The notes below the pieces were generated by a model. That model did no database searches. It was given only the letters and a program-made list of their open reading frames with translations, and had not been told where the DNA came from. A stretch of DNA of 64,000 nt from an uncultured Thermoleophilia bacterium (lineage in GTDB: Bacteria; Actinomycetota; Thermoleophilia; UBA2241). Both the position numbers and the translations under genes were made by a program. Shown here one piece after another: positions 52,296 to 63,700 of this stretch (position 1 is its first letter; each line of letters begins with the position of its first letter). The stretch is from positions 608,001 to 672,000 of the forward strand of contig CAVPCT010000005.1 in NCBI GenBank assembly GCA_963702475.1, written 5' to 3'.

Positions 52296-54197
52296 ATGCA
52301 CGCCGTGCAGCTGGCCTTCACCACCGTCGACGATCTCCACGCGCTGCTCGAGCAGGCGGGCGAAGCTCTCGACTACCGGGAGGTGTGGCCGCACCTCTTC
52401 CCCGTCTCCAACTGCCCGCCTGAGCTCATGCACAGGCTCGTCGCCGACATCGTCCGCGAGGACGAGCGATTCTCGTGGGAGAGCGACGTGCATGTCGGTC
52501 TCGCGGCGTGGCGGGCGCGGCGCCGCGACCTCGCCGACGTCGCCTTCACCGTGGTCGACCTCGAGACCACGGGGGCCACGCCCGGCTTCTCCAAGATCAC
52601 CGAGATCGGGGCGGTGCGCATCGAGGGCGGCCGCGAGATCGGCACGTTCTCGGCCCTGGTCAACCCCGGTGTGCCCATCCCCGAGATGATCACCGGCATC
52701 ACCGGCATCGACGATTCCACGGTCGCCGACGCGCCGCCCATCGACGAGGTGCTGCCCCGGTTCGTCGACTTCGCCGCCCACTCCGTGCTGGTGGCGCACA
52801 ACGCCCCGTTCGACCTCGGCTTCCTGGACTACGAGCTGGGGCGCACGGAGCGCCGCACGTTCCCGCGCCCGGCGCTCGACACGCTGCGTCTGGCGCGAAA
52901 GCTCTGCCCGCAGCAACGCTGCTCGCTCAGCGCGCTGGCGTACCGCTTCAACACCAGGGTCAAGCCGGTCCATCGCGCCCTGCAGGACGCGCAGGCCACC
53001 GGCGAGCTCCTGCTCCTCTTCCTCTCCCGGCTGGAGGAGCAGGGTATGAGCACGCTGGAGGAGGTCGCGCGCTTCTGCGAGCCGGGGTCGCGGCGCAACT
53101 ACCACAAGATCACCCTCACCGAGTCGCTCCCCAACGTCCCCGGCGTCTACATCATGCGCGACCAGAATGGCGTCGCTCTGTACATCGGCAAGGCCGAGAA
53201 CCTCAAGCGGCGCGCACGCGACCACTTTCTGCAGCGTCAGGCCTACCGCGCCCGCCAGGCCCTGGAGCTGCTCGATAGGTTCGAGGTGGTCGAGACCGGC
53301 TCCGAGTTCGGCGCCCTCCTGCTCGAGCAGCGCCTCATCCACAAGCACCGGCCGGCGTTCAACTCGCATGGCACCCGGGTCGCCGGCTACTCCTACGTCA
53401 AGCTCAGCGCCGAGGAGTATCCGCGCCTGTACGCCACGCCGAACCTGCGCGACGACGGCTCGTACTACGCCGGGCCGTTCCGCAAGGCCGGCGTGGCCCG
53501 GCGCCTTGTGGAGGCCATCCACGGCGTGTACCCGCTGCGCACGTGCGCGCACCTGCCCGGCGCACGCGCCGCCGCCCGCCCGTGCCAACGGGCGCACACC
53601 GGCGCGTGCCTCGCGCCCTGCGCGCGCCCCCTCAACGGCGACTACGCCGACGCGGTAGCAGAGGTCCGGCGCGTGCTCGACGGGCACGGTGAGGCCGTCG
53701 ACGAGCGCCTGCAGCAGCGCCAGGCGGGCATGGTGCAGGCCCTGGCGTTCGAGCAGGCCGCGCGCCTGCAGCGCCAAAGAGAAGCGCTCGAGCGCTCCGT
53801 GCGCGGCATCCGCCGCCTGCGCGCCGCCCAGGCGCACGACGCCGTCATCGTGCAACCGGCGCGGCGGCGCGGCTGGGCGGCCCTGTGGGGCGTGCGCGGC
53901 GGCCGCATCGCCGTCGAGCGCGAAGTGGGCCGCACGGCCTTCGACCTCGAAGCGGCCGCCGCCTTCCTCGCCGAGCTGGCGGCGGCCCCGCCCCCGGCGC
54001 AGCCAGTGGCGGCGGGCGACGTCGACGAGCTCCTGCTCGTACACTCGTGGCTCACGAGCAACCGCGAGTCGGTGCACGTGCTCGACGCGAGCGACCTCGC
54101 GGCCGGCCGCCGCGGCGCCGGCGAGCTCGCTCCGGCGCTCCTGGAGCGCCTCCGCCTCTGCGCCGGCGCCGGCCCGGCCGCCACGGCCGGCGCCTGA
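52296..54197 (+). CDS. DEDD (DnaQ-like) exonuclease fused to a GIY-YIG/UvrC-like domain
   Basis: VVDLETTG, VAHNAPFD, HRALQDA; PGVYIM...LYIGKAENLKRR; Cys cluster CQRAHTGACLAPC; UVR motif FEQAARL. Confidence 0.92.
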   Translation: MHAVQLAFTTVDDLHALLEQAGEALDYREVWPHLFPVSNCPPELMHRLVADIVREDERFSWESDVHVGLAAWRARRRDLADVAFTVVDLETTGATPGFSKITEIGAVRIEGGREIGTFSALVNPGVPIPEMITGITGIDDSTVADAPPIDEVLPRFVDFAAHSVLVAHNAPFDLGFLDYELGRTERRTFPRPALDTLRLARKLCPQQRCSLSALAYRFNTRVKPVHRALQDAQATGELLLLFLSRLEEQGMSTLEEVARFCEPGSRRNYHKITLTESLPNVPGVYIMRDQNGVALYIGKAENLKRRARDHFLQRQAYRARQALELLDRFEVVETGSEFGALLLEQRLIHKHRPAFNSHGTRVAGYSYVKLSAEEYPRLYATPNLRDDGSYYAGPFRKAGVARRLVEAIHGVYPLRTCAHLPGARAAARPCQRAHTGACLAPCARPLNGDYADAVAEVRRVLDGHGEAVDERLQQRQAGMVQALAFEQAARLQRQREALERSVRGIRRLRAAQAHDAVIVQPARRRGWAALWGVRGGRIAVEREVGRTAFDLEAAAAFLAELAAAPPPAQPVAAGDVDELLLVHSWLTSNRESVHVLDASDLAAGRRGAGELAPALLERLRLCAGAGPAATAGA

Positions 54198-54201
54198 GGA
54201 C

Positions 54202-56049
54202 CTACTCCTCGAGCGCGCGTCCGCGGCCGCGGCGCAGGAGCATCACGGTCGCCACAGCCATGACCAGCACGGCGACCGCGACACCCACGTACACGCCGGT
54301 CCCCACGCCCCCCTCGCTCCGCGGCTTGGGGGCGGGCTTGGGACGCAGGTTCAGGTACGTGTCGATGTTGTCGTTGACGAAGGCGACGGGACCCGACTCC
54401 GGCGGCGCCTGGGTCCAGCCCGCCCACTTGACGATGTTGTAGGCCTCGAGCTGCTGCTCGTAGTCGGTCACGATCAGCGGCGCCTCGCGGTAGAAGATCT
54501 CCGACATGCGGTCTACCAGCGGCTTGCGCGCGGCCGGGTCGATGGCCTCGGCCTGCTGCCGGTACAGGCGGTCGTACTCCTCGTTGGACCAGCAGGCGTC
54601 GTTCCAGCCGCCGATCTGGGCGGTGGTGAACACGTTGAGGATGTAGTCCGGGTCCACATACTCGCCCCAGCCCCAGATGTACAGGTCGTAGTCGGGCGCG
54701 TAGATGCCGTCGCGCTCGTTGTAGAGGGCGTCGCTGATGGCCCCGGAGTCGAGCGTGCGGAAGTCGATGCTCAGGCCGAGGCTCGACAACCACCCCGTCA
54801 CAAGCTTGCCGGTGCTCTGACTGGAAGCGTCGTCGGCGCGAGCCCACAGGCGCAGCACGATGGGCTCTCCCTCTTTGTCCAGCCGTACCCCGCCCATGAG
54901 CGGGTACCCCGCCTCCTCGAGCAGCCGGGAGGCCTTGAGCAGGTCGAAGCCTATCTGCTGGTCGGCGGGTGGATGCCAGGAGTAGGTGGGCACGTCGGGG
55001 GTGATGAGGCTCTGGCCCGGCAGGGCGTAGCCTCCATAGGAGAGCTCCACGATCTTCTGCTTGTCCACCGCCCAGGCGAGGGCCTGCCGGAACTTCGGGT
55101 CGCGCAGCACAGGGTTCCCGAGGCTGTCGGGGCTGTCGTAGCAGTTGAAGGCGATATCGTTGAAGTAGCGCAGGTCGGCGGCGTTGACGTGCAGATCGGG
55201 GGCCGTCTGCAGGGAGCGGAACTGGGCCACGGGGATGCCCTGCGCGTAGTCGAGGGCCCCGCTGCGCAGGTCCTGGGTCATGGTGTCGGCGTTCTGGTAC
55301 ACCTGGATCACGAGCTCGTCGATGTGAGGCTTGCCGTTGACCCAGTAGTCGGGGTTCTTGACCAGCTTGATGTGCTGGCCCTTCTTCGCCTCGACCGTCT
55401 GGAACGGCCCGGTGCCGATGATGGGCGGCTTGACGACGAAGTCGGTGCCGGCACGCTCGCCGGGGACCCTGCCCCAGATGTGCTGGGGGAGGATGGGCAC
55501 CCACAGGCGCAGCATGTTGGCCTTGGGTCTGGCGCAGCGCAGCTCCACCGTCTCGGCGTCGACGACCACCGCCCGTTCGATGCCGTTGGTGTAGCTGGTG
55601 AACGCGGTGAGGTCGTTGTCGATGATGTAATTGAACGTGAAGGCCACGTCGCCGGCGGTGAAGGGCACGCCGTCCTGCCAGGTCACGCCGCGCCGCAGGT
55701 GGAAGGTCCAGGTCTTGCCGTCGGGGGTGACCTCCCAGCTGGTGGCCAGCTCCGGTCGCGGCGAGAGATCGGTGTCGTACCCCACGAGGAAGTCGTAGTT
55801 GAGGTGGAAGATCTCGTAGGACGTGCCGCTCCAGCCGAGGAAGGGGTTGAGGTTGTCGGCGTCCGCGGTGGTGCCGAAGTGCGCCGTGAGCGGCTGCGCC
55901 GACGGCGACGGGCTCACGGAGGCGGCCGCGCCGGCGGGGCCGAAGGCGACGCCGGCGCACACGACCACGAGCAGCGTCGCGACGACGAGCGGCGCCGCCG
56001 GCGCGCGCAGGCCGCGGCGCGCCGCTGCCCACACGGTCGCCAGGTGCAT
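54202..56049 (-). CDS. Family 5 (peptide/nickel) ABC substrate-binding protein with a C-terminal TM anchor
   Basis: DNLNPF, LATSWEVTPDGKTWTFHLR, WQDGVPFTAGDV, IGTGPF; C-terminal TM plus RRGRGR. Confidence 0.9.
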   Translation of the reverse strand: MHLATVWAAARRGLRAPAAPLVVATLLVVVCAGVAFGPAGAAASVSPSPSAQPLTAHFGTTADADNLNPFLGWSGTSYEIFHLNYDFLVGYDTDLSPRPELATSWEVTPDGKTWTFHLRRGVTWQDGVPFTAGDVAFTFNYIIDNDLTAFTSYTNGIERAVVVDAETVELRCARPKANMLRLWVPILPQHIWGRVPGERAGTDFVVKPPIIGTGPFQTVEAKKGQHIKLVKNPDYWVNGKPHIDELVIQVYQNADTMTQDLRSGALDYAQGIPVAQFRSLQTAPDLHVNAADLRYFNDIAFNCYDSPDSLGNPVLRDPKFRQALAWAVDKQKIVELSYGGYALPGQSLITPDVPTYSWHPPADQQIGFDLLKASRLLEEAGYPLMGGVRLDKEGEPIVLRLWARADDASSQSTGKLVTGWLSSLGLSIDFRTLDSGAISDALYNERDGIYAPDYDLYIWGWGEYVDPDYILNVFTTAQIGGWNDACWSNEEYDRLYRQQAEAIDPAARKPLVDRMSEIFYREAPLIVTDYEQQLEAYNIVKWAGWTQAPPESGPVAFVNDNIDTYLNLRPKPAPKPRSEGGVGTGVYVGVAVAVLVMAVATVMLLRRGRGRALEE

Positions 56050-56139
56050 GGTCCCCCCTCCGGATGACGAGGTCCCCGCGGCACGCCGCCCCCGGCGCCG
56101 CCGCAGTGCACGAATGGTACAACCGACGGCGACCCCTGC

Positions 56140-57120
56140 CTAGGAGACGGCCGGAGGATCCATGGCCAGGCCTCCGGTCAACGCGGCGGCCGCTTCCTCG
56201 CGCTCCACCTCCTCCTCCCACACCGGCACGATGTGGAAGTGGAGGCTCGGAAGCTCCGAGGAGAGGTCCTCCTCCATGTGGCGGCCGAGCGTGTGCACGT
56301 GCTCCACCGTCTTGTCGCCGTCGAAGCCCAGCTCGATCTCGACGTACCGGCGGTTGCCGCTCTGGCGGGTGAACACGATGCCCACCTCGTCGTAGTCCGC
56401 GTAGTGGTGTGCCAGCACCCTGGTGATGGCCAGCTGCTCCTTCTCGGAGAGCGGCAGGTCCATGAGGGCGCGGAAGTTGTGACGCACAAGCTCCTGGCCG
56501 ACGTACAGCATGTAGAGGGCCATCACCAAGGCGATCACCGGGTCGATGCGGTCGCCGATCGCGGGCTGTCCCCAGGACACGAGCAGCGACCCCAGCACGA
56601 ACGCCATCAGTACGCCGCCGTCGGTGCACATGCCGATGAAGTAGTCCGCCTTGTAGGCGATGAGCAGCGGCGAGGGGTCGGCCGTGCGCTTCATGAGGCG
56701 GCGGGACAGCGTGAACAGCAGGGTGCCGGTCGCGAACGTGGCGACCACGGGGACGAGGCCGGTGAGATAGCCCACCTCAGGTGCTTCGATGAGCCGCTCG
56801 ATGGAGTCGTAGAGGACGAACAGGCCGGAGGGCACGTAGAGGGCGCCGCAGAGGAAGGCGGAGAAGTTCTCCAGCTTGCCGGCGCCGTACGGGTGCGTGT
56901 ACACGTTCTCGCGGAGCACCTGGCGTATGGCGTACACCGCGAAGGCGTTGATGACGAGCGCGATGCCCGATTGCGCGGCCAGAGCGATCAGCGCCGCGGA
57001 ACCGGCGATGATGGCGCTCGCGACGGTGAGCACCACGAGCGGTACCTCGATGATCAGGCCCAGCTTCAGCAGCCTGTACAGCCGACGAGACTCGGTGTCG
57101 TCGTGATGCGCGTGTCTCAC
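56140..57120 (-). CDS. Cation diffusion facilitator (CDF) family transporter
   Basis: HPYGAGKLEN, IDPVIAL, LMDLPL, C-terminal TRQSG..YVEIEL...VEHVH domain; His-rich N-terminus. Confidence 0.85.
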   Translation of the reverse strand: MRHAHHDDTESRRLYRLLKLGLIIEVPLVVLTVASAIIAGSAALIALAAQSGIALVINAFAVYAIRQVLRENVYTHPYGAGKLENFSAFLCGALYVPSGLFVLYDSIERLIEAPEVGYLTGLVPVVATFATGTLLFTLSRRLMKRTADPSPLLIAYKADYFIGMCTDGGVLMAFVLGSLLVSWGQPAIGDRIDPVIALVMALYMLYVGQELVRHNFRALMDLPLSEKEQLAITRVLAHHYADYDEVGIVFTRQSGNRRYVEIELGFDGDKTVEHVHTLGRHMEEDLSSELPSLHFHIVPVWEEEVEREEAAAALTGGLAMDPPAVS

Positions 57121-57279
57121 GGTCCCTCCCCGTCCACACCGGTTCCTCGGGCCCCAGCTGGACTGTCCTCTGACCCTGTATCGGGCGGCGATGCGGATTC
57201 CTTGTGCACTCAGGCGCCCGTTGCCTCCGGCTCGCGGCCGGGTAGGACGTGACTGACGACGACAGGAAGGCAGGCGACT

Positions 57280-58029
57280 GTGCAGCCACTCATCTCGACC
57301 GGCCGCTTCGATGCGGTGATCTTCGACCTGGACGGCGTGGTGACGCAGACGTCGGCCGTCCACGCCGCCGCGTGGAAGCGCCTCTTCGACACGTACCTTG
57401 AAGCGAGGGCCGGGGCGACCGGCGAACCGTTCATGCCGTTCGACCTCGAAGGCGACTACCGCCTGTACGTCGACGGCAAGCCGCGCTACGACGGTGTGCG
57501 CGACTTCCTCGCCTCCCGCGGCATGGAGCTGCCGCAGGGCGACCCGTCCGACGCGCCCGGCACGGAGACCGTGTGCGGGCTCGGCAACCGCAAGGACGAG
57601 CTCTTCGTGGCCGAGGTCAGGGAGCACGGCGTGAAGACGTACCCGTCCACGATCGCCCTCATCGGCGCGCTCCACGAGGCGAGGCTCGGCGTGGGCCTGA
57701 TGTCGTCCAGCCGCAACACCGTGATGGTGCTGGAGGCCACGGGGACGGCCGGCCTGTTCGACCAGCGCGTGGACGGCCTCGTGTCGGACCAGCTCGGCCT
57801 GGCCGGCAAGCCCGACCCGGCCGCGTACCTGGAGACGGCGCGGCGGCTGGGCGTCGAGCCGGCCCGCGCCGTCGTCGTCGAGGACGCGCTCTCTGGCGTC
57901 GAGGCTGGACGCCGCGGCGGGTTCGGCCTGGTCATCGGCGTGGACAGGCTGGACCAGGCCGAGGCACTGCGCGAGCACGGCGCCGACGTGGTGGTGGACG
58001 ACCTCGCAGAGGTGACGGTCGGGGCCTGA
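57280..58029 (+). CDS. HAD hydrolase, beta-phosphoglucomutase family
   Basis: IFDLDGVVT, DGKPRYDGVR, SSSRN, GKPDPA, VVEDALSGV. Confidence 0.92.
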   Translation: MQPLISTGRFDAVIFDLDGVVTQTSAVHAAAWKRLFDTYLEARAGATGEPFMPFDLEGDYRLYVDGKPRYDGVRDFLASRGMELPQGDPSDAPGTETVCGLGNRKDELFVAEVREHGVKTYPSTIALIGALHEARLGVGLMSSSRNTVMVLEATGTAGLFDQRVDGLVSDQLGLAGKPDPAAYLETARRLGVEPARAVVVEDALSGVEAGRRGGFGLVIGVDRLDQAEALREHGADVVVDDLAEVTVGA

Positions 58030-58078
58030 CGCCGCGCGTGCCGCACGGCGTCAGGCCCCTCCGCCCCGGACGGACCGG

Positions 58079-59963
58079 TCAGACCGGCGCCGTCAGACCT
58101 CCTCCGAGCCGCGGGCGGCGCCGCACGAGCACCAGGACCACGATGCCGGCGACCACGGCCGCCGCCACGCCGATCCCCACGTACAGGGCGGTGTTGCTGC
58201 CTCCGCCGCTCTCGGCGGTCGTCTCGGCCACCTTGGGTTGGATGCGTGAGGAAGTTGGCGTAGCCACCGTTGCCGAACGGCGGGACGAGCGTGTTGCCGT
58301 TCGGGTCCGGGATGGCGATGTAGCCCTCCCACTCCGCCGTGTTGTAGGCCTCGAAGTCGGGCCGGTAGTCGGTGACGATGTAGGGCGACTGCTCGTAGAG
58401 GATCTGCTGCATGCGGTCGATGTACTCCTTGCGCTTGACCGGGTCCAGTTCCGCGCTCTGCTTCACGTACAGATCCTCGTACTCCGGGTCGGTCCAGTAG
58501 CTGTCGCTCCAGTTGCCGATCTGGGACTCCGTGAAGTAGCTCAGCATCGAGCCGGGGTCGAAGTCGAGGTACCAGCCCCAGATGAACATGTCGTAGTCGG
58601 GCGTGAGTACGCCGTCCTCCTCGGCCAGGATGGTGCTCGAGAGGGTCGGTGAGTCCATGACCTCGAGCTTGACGTCGATGCCCACATCCCTGAACCAGCC
58701 GACGATGAGCTTGGCCAGCTGCTGCTCCTGCGTCTCCTCGGATCGCGCGATCAGGCGCAGCTCGATGGGCTTGCCGTCGTACTCACGCACCCCGTCGCCG
58801 TCCGCATCCGTGTAGCCGGCGGCGTCGAGGAGCTGCTTCGCCTTCTCGGGGTCGTACGTGTACTTCACGTCGGCCGGCGGCTCCCAGTGCCAGTCCGGGT
58901 CCTTGTAGAAGTTCGGCGGGATGATCGTCGTGCCGGGCGTGGTTGTGCCCATGAAGACGAGGTCGGCGGCCTTCTGCAGGTCCACGGCGTAGTTCAGCGC
59001 CTGCCGGAACTTCACGTCCCTCAGCGCCGGGTGGCCCTTGCTCGGCCCCTCGTAGCAGTTGAAGGCCAGCTGGTCGAAACCGTCGGCGGCGATGACGCGC
59101 GCGGTGATACCCGGCTGGTCCTCGAGCTGCTTGACCTGCATCGGGACGAGATCGGAAGCTCCGTCGATGCCGCCGGCCTTGATGTCCTGCAGCATGGTGT
59201 CGCCGTTCGTGTAGTACGTGAAGTAGAGCTCGTCGATCTTGGGCTTGGGCCCCCACCAGGTGGGGTTGGCCACGTACTTCACGTAGTTGTTCTTCTTCCA
59301 CTCCACGCACTGGAAGGGGCCGGAGCCCACGTAGGGCGGGTCGTTGGGGTAGCCCTGCGCCGCGTCCTTCGGGGAGATCTTCGACCAGATGTGCTCGGGC
59401 AGGATCGGCAGCCAGTGGCGGATCATGTCCGGCTTCGGTTTGGAGCAGGTGAACTGCACCGTGTAGTCGTCGAGCGCGGTGGCCTCCTCGATGAGGCGGG
59501 TGTAGGAAGTGAAGTTCGCCATGTCGTTCTTGATGACGTAGTTGTAGGTGAAGGCGATGTCCTTCGCCGTCAGCGGAACGCCGTCGGACCACTTCGCGTT
59601 CTGCCTGATGGTGAACGTCCAGGTGAGCCCGTCGTCGCTCACCGTCCAGTCGGTGGCGAGGCCGGTGGACTCCTCGCCCTTCATCGGCGAGAGCGTCTTG
59701 GGGTCGTACCCCACGAGCGAGTCGTAGGTGAGGTACCAGGCCTCGAACGCCGGCGACTCGAACCCGATGAACGGGTTCAGGTTGTCCGGCTGTCTGGTCC
59801 AGCCGACCTTGTAGACGACCTTGTCCCCGCCCGGCGAGGCACTCGCGGCCGGCGAGGCGCTCTCGCCGGCCGCGAGTGCCGTACCGATGCCCCAGGCGAG
59901 TCCGCAGAGCAGCGCGGCGGCGGTGAGCAGAAGCAGGAGCGGGCGACGTCGTGTGGCGGTCAT
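58079..59963 (-). CDS. Family 5 ABC substrate-binding protein with a C-terminal TM anchor (frameshift near 58245)
   Basis: DNLNPF, LATDWTVSDDGLTWTF, WSDGVPLTAKDI, VGSGPF; tail LYVGIGVAAAVVAGIVVLVLVRRR. Confidence 0.9.
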
Positions 59964-60264
59964 GTGGGATCCCCCCATTCTCCGTGGTCGGCAGGCTGTG
60001 TGCCGGTGCGTATCGCTGCGCCCCCGTGCAGCGATGCGGTCCCATTCTCTCAGGCGGAGGACGACGTTCAAGGGGGCGAGGCGGCGCCGGCCGCCCGAAG
60101 CGGCCGGCGCCGGTACACGTCGAGCCGGTGCGAGAAGCGACGCGCCGCGAGTCCGCGATGTTCGCCCGCGGCGGGTCAGGGCCTTCCTGCCCCTCGTTGC
60201 CGGGCGATGCGGTCCGGCCGACGAGCCGGGCCGGCGGCCCCGTGGCAGGATCTTCCGTCCGACG

Positions 60265-60293
60265 TTTACACGAACATATGTTCGTGCTACAGT
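60265..60293 (+). promoter_or_regulatory. SOS promoter with a Gram-positive LexA box
   Basis: TTTACA-N17-TACAGT with the perfect box CGAACATATGTTCG (60271-60284) in the spacer. Confidence 0.9.
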
Positions 60294-60340
60294 CGGGGTC
60301 CTCGTTCAGACCCTCACCGACCCTTCAGCAGGAGCAGTCC

Positions 60341-60772
60341 ATGGCAGGCGGCGGAGCCACCCCCGAAGACAGGCCAAGGACCGGCGCCGGCGGCGCCCGC
60401 CGCGAGGGCGCCACCGAGGCCGGCGGAGGCGGCGCCGGGGCGAGCGATCGGCCGGTCGGCGGCGCAGGCGGCGCGCCTGCGCCCGAGGGCGCGTCCGCGC
60501 CCGGCCGCGCGCGGCGCCAGGGTCCCTCCCTCCCCGCCCCCGTCGCCGTCGGCTGGAACGAGCGGCAGCGACGTCCCGTCAGCTTCGTGTGGCGCCGACG
60601 CCGCTACCGGGTCGAGCGCGTGCTCGAGACCTGGGTCCTCGAGACCGGCTGGTGGAAGGACGACGGCCACGTCAGCCGCGCGTACTGGCGGGTGCGCGCC
60701 GAGGGCCGCGTGTTCGACCTCCGTTACGACCGCCTCAGCAAGGCGTGGGCGCTGGAGCAGGCGCTCAACTGA
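60341..60772 (+). CDS. DUF6504-like small protein
   Basis: PVSFVWRRRRYRVERVLETWVLETGWW...YWRV...VFDLRYD...WAL; GGAG RBS. Confidence 0.7.
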   Translation: MAGGGATPEDRPRTGAGGARREGATEAGGGGAGASDRPVGGAGGAPAPEGASAPGRARRQGPSLPAPVAVGWNERQRRPVSFVWRRRRYRVERVLETWVLETGWWKDDGHVSRAYWRVRAEGRVFDLRYDRLSKAWALEQALN

Positions 60773-60783
60773 GCGCGGCCGCC

Positions 60784-63700
60784 GTGAGCTTCGTCCACCT
60801 GCACACGCACAGCACCTTCTCGTTCGGCGACGGCGCCTGCCGCATCCCCGAGATGGCCGCGCGCGCCGCCGAGCTGGGCATGCCGGCCCTTGCGGTCACC
60901 GACCACGAGGGCCTGTACGGCGCCGTGCGTTTCTACCAGGCCTGCAAGGCCGCCGGCGTCAAGCCCATCATCGGAGTCGAGCTCACCGTCGAGCCGGCCG
61001 TCGGCCCCGGCGGCCGCCCCTGGGAGCCCGATCTCGATCATGAGCCCGGCGCCGCCCGTGGCCGGTGTGGCGAGGCACGAGAGATGATGCGAGACGGGGT
61101 GACGCGCCCGACGTCCGCAGCCGCAGGCGCGCAGGGCGGACAGGGGGTTGAGGGAGAGCAGCCGCCGCAGGCGGGCTACCGTGCGGGGCGGCGTAGCGTC
61201 ACCGCACATTCTGCAGGGCCGCCGAAGGCGAGCCCGAAAGGAGCGGAGCGCCCTCCCGATGCCCCCTGCCCGCCCGGAGCGCCGTCAGGGTACGGAGCGC
61301 CGAACGGGCACACGCCGCCCTTCGCCGCGCTCCCGTCCCTCGCCCCCGACGGCCACATCCGGCACCTCTCGGCGGCGGCTACGGTGCCGCCCGCCGCCGC
61401 GAACGCCTCCGGCGCCGGCGGCCACCACCTCGTGCTCCTGGCCAAGGACTACGCCGGCTGGAGCAACCTGTGCCGCATCATCAGCGCCGCGCACCTGGAG
61501 CATCCGGGCGAGCCTCCGCTAGCCAGGCTCGCCACCCTCGCCGAGCACAGCGGCCACCTCGTCGCGCTCAGCGCCTGCCGCCGCGGCGAGGTCTGGTCGC
61601 GGCTGCTCGCCGGCGACGCGGCCGGCGCCCGCGCCGCGGCCTCCGTGCTTCGCGGCATCTTCGGCCGAGAGCTCTTCATCGAGCTGCAGCACGAGCTGCT
61701 GCCCGACTCCGGCGCGAGTCTCCGCGCCCTCGACCTGCTTGCCCACGAGCTGCGCCTGCCCACGGTGGCCACCAACGACGTGCACTACACCGTCAAACAG
61801 GACGCCGGGCTGCACGACGTGCTCGCCGCCGAGGCCGCCAACCAGCCGCTGCCCAACCCGCTGGGGCGCAAGAACGCCGAGCTCTACCTCAAGAGCCCGG
61901 CGCAGATGCGCCGCCTCTTCCAGCGCTACCCGGAGGCGTACGCCAACGCCGGCCGCATCGCCGCGCGCTGCAACCTCGACCTCGGACTCGGCCGGCTCCT
62001 CTTCCCCGCCTACCCGCTGCCGCCCGGCGAGACGGCCTTCTCTCTGCTCTGGAAGCGCTGCTTCGCGGGCGCCGCCGAGCGCTACACGCCGCTCACCGCC
62101 GAGGTCACCGCGCGCCTCGAACGCGAGCTCAAGGTGGTCGAGGAGCTCGGTTTCGCCGAGTACTTCCTCGCCGTGCATGACATCGTCGGGTTCGCGCGCA
62201 GCCGCGGCATCTACTACTCCGGCCGCGGCTCAGCCGGCAACAGCATCGTCAGCTACGTGCTGCGCGTCACCGACGCCGACCCCATCGCCAACGAGCTGCT
62301 CTTCGAGCGCTTCCTCAACCCTGCCCGCAGCGAGATGCCCGACGTGGACATCGACTTCTGCTCCGCCCGCCGCGACGAGGTCATCCAGTACATCTACGAG
62401 CGCTTCGGCCACGACAAGGTCGCCATGGTCGCCACCGTCAACACGGTGCGCGCGCCCTCCGCCGTGCGCATCGTCAGCCGCGCCTTCGGCTTCACTCCCG
62501 ACGAGATCAACGCCCTGTCCAAGCGGGTGCCCTGGGGCAGCGCGGCCAAGCTCGGGGAGATGCTGGAGGAGCGCCCCGAGCTCGCCGACCACGAGTTCCG
62601 CCACCCGCACTTCCGCCGCCTCGTGAGCGTAGCCGAGCGCCTCTCCGGCTTCCCGGCGCACCTCGGCACCCATCTCGGCGGGTTCATCCTCTCGCGCGAC
62701 CCGCTCACCGACCGCGTGCCGCTGCAGTGGGCCGCCAAGGGCGTCGTGGTGGCCCAGTTCGACAAGGACGACGTCGAGACGCTGGGCCTCGTCAAGATGG
62801 ACATCCTCGCCCTCAAGATGCACTCCGCCATCGCCGAGGCGGTGCGACGCATCGAGGCGCGCACCGGCGAGCAGGTCAGCGCCTGGGAGCTGCCGCGCGA
62901 CGACCCCAAGGTGTACGAGCTCATCCGCTCGGCACGCACCGTGGGTCTCTTCCAGCTGGAGAGCTCGGGACAGCGCAACCTGGCCACACGTCTCCAGGAG
63001 CGCGACTTCGAAGACGTCATCGCCGCCATCTCGCTGTTCCGCCCGGGACCGCTGCAGGCCGAGATGATCGCGCCATTCATCAGGCGGCGGCACGGCCGCG
63101 ACCCGGTCGCCGTGCCGCACCCGGCCATGGAGCGCATCCTGCGCCGCACCTACGGAGTCATCGTCTACCAGGAGCAGGTCATCGAGGTGGCGGCCGCGGT
63201 GGCCGGGTTCAGCCTCTCCGAGGGCGACATGCTCAGGCGGGCCATGACCCACGAGCGGTCCCTGGAGGAGATGGACGAGATCGGCCGCACCTTCGTCGCC
63301 AAGGCCATGGCGCGCGGCGTGGCACAGGACGTGGCCGAGGAGGTCTTCCGCCAGCTGCGCGGCTTCGCCGCCTACGGCTTCAACAAGGCGCATGCGGCCT
63401 GCTTCGCCATCGTCTGCAATGCCTCGGCGTGGCTCAAGGCGCACTACCCGGCCGAGTTCTACTGTGGCATCCTCAACAACCAGCCCATGGGCTTCTACTC
63501 GCCGCGCGTGGTGCTCAACGACGCGCGGCGCTTCGGCCTCAAGGTGCTGCCGCTCGACGTGAACCGCAGCGGCGAGTGGTTCGAGGTGGAGCGAGGCGGG
63601 CGGGCGCTGCGGGTGGGGCTCGCCTACGTCAAAGAGATGAGCGCCGCGGCGCGGCAGGCGATCGTAGAAGCACGCGGCGACGGGACAGCCGCTGCCGGGC

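Noticed and set aside
60990-61420. Intein or intron in dnaE2
   Set aside because: No Cys/Ser start with His-Asn end, no homing endonuclease or intron features; the insert is low-complexity and palindromic.
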